A stretch of DNA of 18,056 bases, from positions 1 to 18,056 of the forward strand of contig DATDWO010000015.1 in assembly GCA_035289665.1 (NCBI GenBank). Direction: 5' to 3'. The stretch's first letter is position 1, and every line of letters begins with the position of its first letter. Both the position numbers and the translations under genes were made by a program. The DNA is from Candidatus Nanoarchaeia archaeon (GTDB lineage: Archaea > Nanobdellota > Nanobdellia > Woesearchaeales > SM23-78). Below the pieces are notes generated by a model. It saw nothing but the letters and a program-made list of their open reading frames with translations, did no database searches and was not told the origin of the DNA. Below are positions 7,825 to 14,050 of the stretch, piece by piece.

Positions 7825-7919
7825 GACAAACATTTAAAAATTTCTAAGACCGTAATCCTTACGATTTATCCGGAAAAAACATACAAAACTATTTATACAA
7901 GATCGTCTTCTCTCTGTAC

Positions 7920-8123
7920 ATGGCTCAAACCGTATCTATACCTAAAAAGGAATACGAGATCCTTATCAAGTGCCGAAAGATTGTCCACTCTGAATTCGAA
8001 GAGCGCTTCTCTAAGAAATTCATAAAAGAAGTAGAAGCAAGCGAAGAATCCTATAAAAAAGGAAAATTCTTACGATTTGACCATGTTAAAGATGCTAAAA
8101 AATACTTTGACAAAATCTTCTAA
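7920..8123 (+). CDS. Putative antitoxin of the downstream RelE/ParE toxin
   Basis: A 67-aa ORF overlaps the toxin start by 1 nt (TAATG). A TATA-like ATTTATAC lies 21 nt upstream. The assignment is by position. Confidence 0.55.
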   Translation: MAQTVSIPKKEYEILIKCRKIVHSEFEERFSKKFIKEVEASEESYKKGKFLRFDHVKDAKKYFDKIF

Positions 8124-8374
8124 TGTATCGTCCCGTATTTCCCAAACCGTTTCAAAATGACATGAAAGACGTCAAAAAAGACAACGTTCTTTACGAAAGG
8201 CTCTGGGACAAGATTAGAGAAATCCTACAAAACCCAGAACATTACCCTATGAAGAAATATAACCTTAAAGGTAAGCGTGCTGCTCATGTAGGTTCCTATG
8301 TAATCGTATTTGAGATCCAAGATCAAGACGTTGTTTTCCTACGATTCAAACACCACGACTATGCTTACGATTGA
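8123..8374 (+). CDS. RelE/ParE-family toxin
   Basis: An 83-aa protein with F..D.K...K, NPEHYP, LKGKRAAHVGSYVIVFEI..DVVFLRFKHHDYAY. This is the L-x-G...G-x-Y-R/V-I-x-F...h-x-h-R/H...Y pattern of RelE/ParE/YafQ toxins. Confidence 0.8.
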   Translation: MYRPVFPKPFQNDMKDVKKDNVLYERLWDKIREILQNPEHYPMKKYNLKGKRAAHVGSYVIVFEIQDQDVVFLRFKHHDYAYD

Positions 8375-8424
8375 ACTCAAGAAATTCATAAACTTTAAAT
8401 ACAAAACAAACCTACCCTATTCTC

Positions 8425-8577
8425 ATGAAACAAGAAAGCGTTCAAATAGCCAAAAAAAAATCCGAAAGACTTACGGAAGAAGAGCAGTTTCTCCGGAAAC
8501 CTGAGACCTTGGCTGCTCTTAAAGAATATAAAGAAGCTAAGAAGAAGGGTGTAAAAACCTGGGAATTGAAATATTAA
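8425..8577 (+). CDS. Small ORF (50 aa), antitoxin-like C-terminal pattern, function unknown
   Basis: It is not in the ORF track because it is shorter than 60 aa. Product: MKQESVQIAKKKSERLTEEEQFLRKPETLAALKEYKEAKKKGVKTWELKY. TTTAAA (8394-8399) lies 25 nt upstream. The E..Y/K..KKG motif resembles the C-terminus of the 7920-8123 antitoxin. Confidence 0.35.
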   Translation: MKQESVQIAKKKSERLTEEEQFLRKPETLAALKEYKEAKKKGVKTWELKY

Positions 8578-8973
8578 TAAACCTTGTGCGATCCTGCTGA
8601 GAAGACTACAATTTCCATTTTTTCTTCATCTATCTCGTAGATCAGACGAATATCCCCACCGAGATAATAGCGAATCTCACAATTTGTGCAATTATTTATG
8701 AGATTCGCTAGTATGCTCAGAAACATAAGTTTCTGGCATGCCAGCAGCTTCGCTGCTGAGCATAGCAAATCTACCTTTCTTGTTCCAAAATTAAGGAGAT
8801 TTGCTATAACAACTCCAAAATCCTTCCCATTTACCCTTTAATTTATGCGCTTCTAATGCTTTTCTTGGATCTTGTTTTAATCGCTCTAATTTTTCTGTAA
8901 TAGAAGACCTTAAAAGCAATACTTTCTCAAACTCTCTTTGCGCCCTCTTTGTACATATAGTAATTCTATACAT
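8574..8973 (-). pseudogene. RelE/ParE-superfamily toxin homolog interrupted by a MITE-like insertion (copy 2)
   Basis: The track gives two fragments, 8791-8973 (..KLKGKWEGFWSCY) and 8574-8768 (..LGGDIRLIYEIDEEKMEIVVFSAGSHKVY). Removing 142 nt (the element plus one TAA) restores a continuous 85-codon ORF that is collinear with copy 1. Confidence 0.8.
8668..8806. mobile_element. 139-bp non-autonomous MITE-like element with 3-bp TAA target duplication
   Basis: The termini are TAGCGAATCTC and GAGATTTGCTA, complementary at 10 of 11 positions. It is flanked by TAA (8665-8667) and TAA (8807-8809). The uninterrupted site GAGATAACAACTCC with a single TAA is present in copy 1 (597-610). Internally it has a left 43-nt hairpin unit (8668-8710), a central part with TATGCTCAG/CTGAGCATA arms and a CTGGCATGCCAG palindrome, and a right 44-nt hairpin unit (8763-8806). 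Confidence 0.8.
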
Positions 8974-9073
8974 TCCAATACGCAGCTGTGATTCCTTTAA
9001 AAGAATGAACCAACGAAAATCGGAAAATTTCCGCCCTGCCCGGAAATATTTTTGGCTAAGCGAATTATTTAGA

Positions 9074-9086
9074 CAAAAAAGAAAAG
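9074..9086 (-). terminator. Oligo-T tract downstream of the HAD gene (archaeal-type termination signal)
   Basis: The minus strand reads CTTTTCTTTTTTG starting 14 nt after the stop at 9100. It is followed by the hairpin ATTTCCG-7 nt-CGGAAAT (9027-9047). Confidence 0.35.
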
Positions 9087-9099
9087 ATTTACGACTTTT

Positions 9100-9720
9100 T
9101 TAACTATTCAACAGGCTTTCCAACTCCTCCACTGAATTTACGATATGGTCTGGACGAGCATTTAACAATTTTTTTCTTGAATCATACCCCCAAGATACTG
9201 CTACGGTAATAACCCCCGCTTGCCTTCCTACCTCGATGTCATGAACCATATCTCCTACATAAGCCACTTCTTGAGGCATCAACCGGCGGCGATCCATTAT
9301 TTCAGCTAACGCTTCTGTTTTATCATGAACCCCCCCATTTAATTCTTCAAAGTGATCCAAAAATCCATACTGGCTTGCCTCGCTCAATAACTCAATTTGA
9401 TGGACTGAACTTAACACCGCCAAGCGCTTTTCCTGCTCCCTCAAACTCCACAGCAACCGATCTATCCCTGCAAAGGGGACTGGCTCTCCTACTTTCTGAA
9501 TGGCTTCTAAAAACCAACGATCTCGATCCGCTTTTTTCATACGGGGAAAATACTTCCGATAGAAATCCATATATGGAATTACCAGCTCCTGTTTAAACTC
9601 GGCAAAAGAAGGATGTTTTCTGTGCAGACGATCAAAAATGTGCATGGCTGCTTCATAAACCAATCTAAGGTCATCGCTTAACGTACCTGACCAGTCAAAG
9701 ACAACTCCTTTAATTTGCAT
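9100..9720 (-). CDS. HAD-superfamily hydrolase (subfamily IA-like) with atypical motif I (D-W-S-G-T)
   Basis: Motif I is VVFDWSGTL and motif IV is GDMVHDIEVGRQAGV. There is a helical cap region between motifs I and II. Length is 206 aa. Confidence 0.85.
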   Translation of the reverse strand: MQIKGVVFDWSGTLSDDLRLVYEAAMHIFDRLHRKHPSFAEFKQELVIPYMDFYRKYFPRMKKADRDRWFLEAIQKVGEPVPFAGIDRLLWSLREQEKRLAVLSSVHQIELLSEASQYGFLDHFEELNGGVHDKTEALAEIMDRRRLMPQEVAYVGDMVHDIEVGRQAGVITVAVSWGYDSRKKLLNARPDHIVNSVEELESLLNS

Positions 9721-9759
9721 TTACAATGAATCTGCGCCTAATTTAAAAACATAACTCTT

Positions 9760-9784
9760 CAAAAACTGCAAAAAACAGTTTTTG
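9760..9784. promoter_or_regulatory. Perfect 9-bp inverted repeat in the divergent HAD/asnB2 promoter region
   Basis: CAAAAACTG-CAAAAAA-CAGTTTTTG lies between the two TATA boxes (9742-9747 and 9865-9870). It is a candidate regulator binding site. Confidence 0.35.
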
Positions 9785-9864
9785 AGAGCCCAGAATCTGC
9801 CCTATTAGCTTTAAAAGGCAGAATCCTGTTGCTTAAATAACCCCCTTTTGTCGAGCGCCACTTA

Positions 9865-9870
9865 TTTAAA
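9865..9870 (+). promoter_or_regulatory. TATA-like box (TTTAAA) for asnB paralog 2
   Basis: TTTAAA lies 22 nt upstream of the ATG at 9893. Confidence 0.5.
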
Positions 9871-9892
9871 GACGAATCATTTCTAAATCACC

Positions 9893-11782
9893 ATGTGTGG
9901 CATTGTAGGCTTTAACTGGGAAGACAAAGTCCTTACTAGAAAGATGTGCGACTCAATTGTGCACAGAGGACCGGACGATCGGGCGTACTACCATGACAAA
10001 GGCGTCAGTCTGGGAATGGATCGCCTGGCCATCATTGACTTGAAAAAAGGACTGTATCCCGTTACGAACGAAGACCAAGATGTATTTGTCATGTTTAACG
10101 GAGAGATTTATAATTTTAAGGAAGTGCGTAGTGAATTGGAGAAGAAAGGACACCGATTTGTCACGAATACAGACGCTGAAGTTATCACATACGGCTACGA
10201 AGAATGGGGAACGGACTGTGTCAAGAAGTTCAACGGCATGTTTGCCATTGCCTTGTGGGATGCTCGGAAAAAACTTTTGTTCCTTGCACGGGACCGAATG
10301 GGCGTTAAACCTCTGTACTATTACTGGAAGAATGGAAAATTCATCTTTGCCAGCGAAATCAAAGCCATCCTTGAACATCCTGTTGCTCGCAACGTTAACT
10401 TGCAAGGCCTTAGCTGGTTCCTAAGCTTTCGATGCAACCCTTCCCTTGAAACCATGTTTGAAGGTATCTTCAAACTAGCACCCGGACACACGCTGATTTT
10501 ACAAAACAAGAAATTAACGATCAAACCTTACTGGAAACAAGTCATTGACCCTGATACAGATGGAAAACTAGTTTCTTACTATGCTAAACAGCTTCATGAC
10601 TTGCTACTTAAGTCTGTTGAGCGACGCATGATGAGCGATGTACCCCTAGGTGTTTACTTAAGCAGTGGGATTGATTCCAGCGGCATCGTTGGCCTTATGA
10701 GCGAGCTCGGCATTGAGAATGTTAAGACGTTTACTGTTGGATTTGGAGAAAAACACTACACCGATGAACTTAGTATGGCGAAGTTCACTGCTGATCACTT
10801 TAATACCGATCATCATGAAATTTGGGTTCATGCAGACACCACCAAGATCTTACCTAAGATTGTATACCATATGGACGAACCCATGGCCGACCCTACAAGC
10901 ATTCCCACGTATCTGCTTTCTAAAGAAGCTAAGAAGAAAGTAACCGTGGTATTGACCGGAGAAGGAGCAGATGAACAATTTGCCGGCTATCCTCAATACA
11001 AGTTTATGATGATGAAAGGAAAATATTTCCGACACCCGATTGTCCGCAGTGCATTGAAATTAGGCGTTCAGCTAGCCCCATCCTGGGCATTGGATAAGGC
11101 CTTTCGATACGCTTCTTCGCTCGGCAAAGCTGGTATCGAGCGAGTCTCAAATTTCTTGCAAAACCCCTCTGATCTTCAAGCCTACACTCAAGTCATCGGT
11201 CACTTCAACGAAGAAGAAAAACAACAAGTCCTCAGCGAACGTGTAAAGAAAAAACTTGGAACCTTTACTCCCGAACAGATCCTCTCCAAACAACACTTCC
11301 AACACAAAGACTTACTGGCCAATATGCTCTACTTTGACAATCAAGTCATGCTAACTGAAAATTTACTCATGAAAGTGGACAAGAGCACAATGGCTGCGAG
11401 CATTGAAGCTCGAGAACCATACTTAGATTACAACGTTGTTGAGTTCGCTGGACGCATTCCTTCTTCCTACAAGCTCCATGGCATGACGGAAAAATGGATC
11501 CAACGCAAAGCCTTATCTAACACCCTCCCTAAAGAAGTATTGCAACGCAAAAAAACACACTTCTTTGTACCGATTGACAGCTGGATGGACGATGGCCTTA
11601 AAGAATACGCTCACAGTATTTTGGATGAAAAAACCCTCAAAAAACAAGGCTATTTTGAACCCAAGTACATTGAAAAAGTCTTTGATCGCCTGAATGATAG
11701 CAAACTGTTCTATACTCGACAGCTATGGTGCTTGTTGAACTTCCAATTATGGCATGAACGATATATTGAAAAACAACCTTAA
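9893..11782 (+). CDS. asnB: Asparagine synthase (glutamine-hydrolysing)-type amidotransferase, paralog 2
   Basis: It has the MCGIVGF N-terminus, RDRMGVKPLYYYWKNGKFIFASEIKAIL, and a PP-loop variant LSSGIDSS (SGGxDS with the first G replaced by S). The C-terminal synthetase domain has KVDKSTMAASIEAREPYLD. Confidence 0.9.
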   Translation: MCGIVGFNWEDKVLTRKMCDSIVHRGPDDRAYYHDKGVSLGMDRLAIIDLKKGLYPVTNEDQDVFVMFNGEIYNFKEVRSELEKKGHRFVTNTDAEVITYGYEEWGTDCVKKFNGMFAIALWDARKKLLFLARDRMGVKPLYYYWKNGKFIFASEIKAILEHPVARNVNLQGLSWFLSFRCNPSLETMFEGIFKLAPGHTLILQNKKLTIKPYWKQVIDPDTDGKLVSYYAKQLHDLLLKSVERRMMSDVPLGVYLSSGIDSSGIVGLMSELGIENVKTFTVGFGEKHYTDELSMAKFTADHFNTDHHEIWVHADTTKILPKIVYHMDEPMADPTSIPTYLLSKEAKKKVTVVLTGEGADEQFAGYPQYKFMMMKGKYFRHPIVRSALKLGVQLAPSWALDKAFRYASSLGKAGIERVSNFLQNPSDLQAYTQVIGHFNEEEKQQVLSERVKKKLGTFTPEQILSKQHFQHKDLLANMLYFDNQVMLTENLLMKVDKSTMAASIEAREPYLDYNVVEFAGRIPSSYKLHGMTEKWIQRKALSNTLPKEVLQRKKTHFFVPIDSWMDDGLKEYAHSILDEKTLKKQGYFEPKYIEKVFDRLNDSKLFYTRQLWCLLNFQLWHERYIEKQP

Positions 11783-11847
11783 AGGGCCTTTTTAAGGCTT
11801 TCCATCTTACCATAAACTATTAAAACTGCCTCGACCTCTTGCAGAGG

Positions 11848-13257
11848 ATGCCTAAAGCAAAGCAAACCGTACTCTTACTCAACCCGCCTGGACGCAAGAT
11901 GTACATCCGGGACTACTACTGCAGCAAGGTTTCTAAGGCCAATTACTATCCCCAGCCTGTTGATTTGCTCACACAAAGCGGGTGGCTTTCTACGAAGTAC
12001 GATGTAAAACTCATCGACTGCATCGTAGATGAGATTAGCGAGGCTGAATGCCTGAAGCAGATTAAAGCCACTAATCCCTACGCCATCCTCTTCCTCACAG
12101 GCTCTGTATCTTGGGATGAGGATCTACCTTTTTTAGAGAAAGTAACTAAGCTGAAGAAAGGCCTGGTAATGATTGGAAGCGCCGACCTCTTCAAAGAAAA
12201 CGGACATGAAAAAATCCAACAACACAAATGGCTCAATGCCGTTGTGCTCAACTTCTCAACCGACGGGGTCTTGAATTACTTACAAGGCAACGAAGATAAG
12301 ATTACGGATTTGATTTACCGCAATAAGAAAGGAGAGATCAAGACTGCGCCGGAAAGCAGTAAACGAGGAGACTGGAACTTACCCATGCCCCGACAAGACC
12401 TGTTTATTGGGAAGAACTATCGCTACCCATTTGCAACGGGCTACCCCATGGCAACCATGCTAACCAACTATGGCTGTCCCTACAAGTGCACCTTCTGCAT
12501 CATGAGCACCCTAGGTTACACGTTCCGTAGAGTTTCTGAGATCATCTCCGAAATGCGTGTGTTGAAGAAAATGGGCGTGAGGTACATTTACTTTAGCGAC
12601 CAGACGTTTGGCGTCCATAAACCCATCAATCAGGAGTTGTGTAAGGCCATGATCAAAGAAAAATTCGACTTCCAATGGGTCTGTTTCAGTCGAGTGGATG
12701 TCATGGACGAACTTACCCTGAAACTCATGAAACAAGCCGGCTGTGACACCATCATGTTCGGCGTTGAGTTTGCCGACAATAAATTGCTCGACATCTACAT
12801 CAAAGAATTCCATACAGATCAAGTCCGGAAAACCTTTGCGATCACTCGAAAAGTCGGCATCAAAACCATGGGCACCTTCTTGCTTGGCGTACCTGAAATG
12901 AACGAAGAAGATTGTTTGAAAACGATTGAATTCGCCAAGGAATTGAAATGCGACTATGCCAGCTTCAACTTTGCCGTTCCTAGGATGGGAACTGGATTAC
13001 GGCAGAAAGCACTGGAAGAGAAGCTGATTACTAAAGATGTTCAGATCATGGACCAAGCAGGCACTTTCGTAGCCATGGGCAGCAAGTACCTGACCAAGAA
13101 ACAAGTTTCTAAACTACGGCGAAGAGCGATCATCACCTTCTATTTTAGACCCTGGTATGTTTGGAATCGCTTCCGAAACTTGAGAAGCTGGCCTGAATTT
13201 AAGACGCAGTTCTTAGAAGCATATCATTTGACGTTGAATTTGATCCATCCGAAGTAG
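11848..13257 (+). CDS. B12-binding-domain radical SAM enzyme (class B)
   Basis: The N-terminus is a Rossmann-like cobalamin-binding-type domain (VLLLNPPG..YAILFLTGS). The radical SAM cluster motif is YGCPYKCTFC (CxxxCxxC). I prefer the ATG at 11848, which has ATTAAAA 22 nt upstream, over the track's TTG at 11839. Confidence 0.85.
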   Translation: MPKAKQTVLLLNPPGRKMYIRDYYCSKVSKANYYPQPVDLLTQSGWLSTKYDVKLIDCIVDEISEAECLKQIKATNPYAILFLTGSVSWDEDLPFLEKVTKLKKGLVMIGSADLFKENGHEKIQQHKWLNAVVLNFSTDGVLNYLQGNEDKITDLIYRNKKGEIKTAPESSKRGDWNLPMPRQDLFIGKNYRYPFATGYPMATMLTNYGCPYKCTFCIMSTLGYTFRRVSEIISEMRVLKKMGVRYIYFSDQTFGVHKPINQELCKAMIKEKFDFQWVCFSRVDVMDELTLKLMKQAGCDTIMFGVEFADNKLLDIYIKEFHTDQVRKTFAITRKVGIKTMGTFLLGVPEMNEEDCLKTIEFAKELKCDYASFNFAVPRMGTGLRQKALEEKLITKDVQIMDQAGTFVAMGSKYLTKKQVSKLRRRAIITFYFRPWYVWNRFRNLRSWPEFKTQFLEAYHLTLNLIHPK

Positions 13258-13392
13258 CTAGTGACAAATGATTTATGATTTAATAGTAAATCTATCGTTT
13301 TATCCGAAAAGATTCCGTTTTCTCCGAAAAAACACCGAAAAACAAGTGAGCACCTTTATAATAAATGGCAGATCCGAAAAGAAGAGGTAAAA

Positions 13393-13477
13393 GCTGCGGC
13401 AAGGGGGATTGGCGACCCTCACTCGTCTGAAAAACGAGGTCCGTCCCGGATTGTGGGTTCGATTCCCGCCCGCAGCG
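13393..13477 (+). tRNA. Class II tRNA (long variable arm, discriminator G); anticodon loop CTGAAAA reads GAA; isotype ambiguous (Ser-like body)
   Basis: Folded by hand. The acceptor stem GCTGCGG/CCGCAGC has 7 perfect pairs. The D arm is AGGG-10 nt-CCCT. The anticodon stem is CTCGT/ACGAG with loop CTGAAAA. The 14-nt variable region GTCCGTCCCGGATT has a TCCG/CGGA stem. The T arm is GTGGG-TTCGATT-CCCGC. TTTATAA (13355-13361) lies 31 nt upstream. No CCA follows directly. Confidence 0.75.
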
Positions 13478-13780
13478 ACCAAATCCCTGAAAACAAGGAT
13501 TTATAACTGGTAATCAGTTGGAACTTAAATAGTTTTCGGCAATCAGTATGTATTAAGTTCCGTCGATAGCTATTTTTTGCCGACCGTAAAATCAGGAAAA
13601 AAAGCGCGTTTTTTGTGCTGTAGGGCTGTATATAATTCTTGGTAGGATGGTTGATGATGAAAAATCTATTGAATATCGAGGAATACAGTTAAGGACATAA
13701 AATCTAGCGAAAATCAGCTCATTGAACTCTTAGAGCTAGTAACCACCAAAACGATATCTGATACAACCGCTCATAAGCTT

Positions 13781-14050
13781 ATGGAACGCTTCGTGGAAAA
13801 GTCCTTTTCCCCTACTGAGTACGTTAAAACTCATAATCTAGGTCAAGTTACCTCACAAGATGAAATAAGAATTGTTGTTAAACAAGTGCTAAAAGAATAC
13901 AAGAAAGCCGTTGCGGACTATTTGAAAGGAGAAGAAAAGGCCTACCATTACTTACTCGGACAGATCATGAAATTAATGAAAGGAAAAGCAGAGCCAGAGC
14001 TCACCAACCAGATTCTAAAAAAGGAGATCCATTCTCTAAAAGAAAGATAG
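13781..14050 (+). CDS. GatB/GatE C-terminal tail-domain (GatB_YqeY-type) fragment; possibly a pseudogene remnant
   Basis: YLKGEEKAYHYLLGQIMKLMKGKAEPELTNQILKKEI matches the GatB tail signature (Gk.ka...lvGqvMk.t.GkAnP..vn..l). In-frame homology (NQLIELLELVTTKTISDTTAHKL) continues upstream without a start codon, back to the stop at 13670-13672. The catalytic GatB body is absent. Confidence 0.6.
   Translation: MERFVEKSFSPTEYVKTHNLGQVTSQDEIRIVVKQVLKEYKKAVADYLKGEEKAYHYLLGQIMKLMKGKAEPELTNQILKKEIHSLKER

Noticed and set aside
8310-8504. A 64-aa track ORF overlapping the 3' end of the RelE/ParE toxin gene
   Set aside because: It overlaps a well-supported gene, has a low-complexity product and lacks a promoter at the usual spacing. 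The 50-aa ORF at 8425-8577 in another frame fits the promoter better, though it is itself uncertain.
9953-10405. A 150-aa antisense ORF inside asnB paralog 2, and similar antisense or alternative-frame ORFs at 2007-2204, 2457-2777, 2919-3161, 5505-5921, 6726-7017, 7468-7722, 10080-10524, 12511-12822, 14101-14307, 14678-14980 and 16588-16776
   Set aside because: Each is fully embedded in a longer ORF that carries clear family motifs. None has a TATA box at the characteristic spacing.
13301-13380. The short direct repeats here, and the hairpin units elsewhere, considered as a CRISPR array
   Set aside because: The repeats are only 7-10 nt or are palindromic single units. They are irregularly spaced, have no spacer-repeat periodicity, and no cas genes are present.
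13300-13482. A 60-aa minus-strand ORF
   Set aside because: It lies antisense over the tRNA and its promoter. It has no start context and no recognisable protein features.
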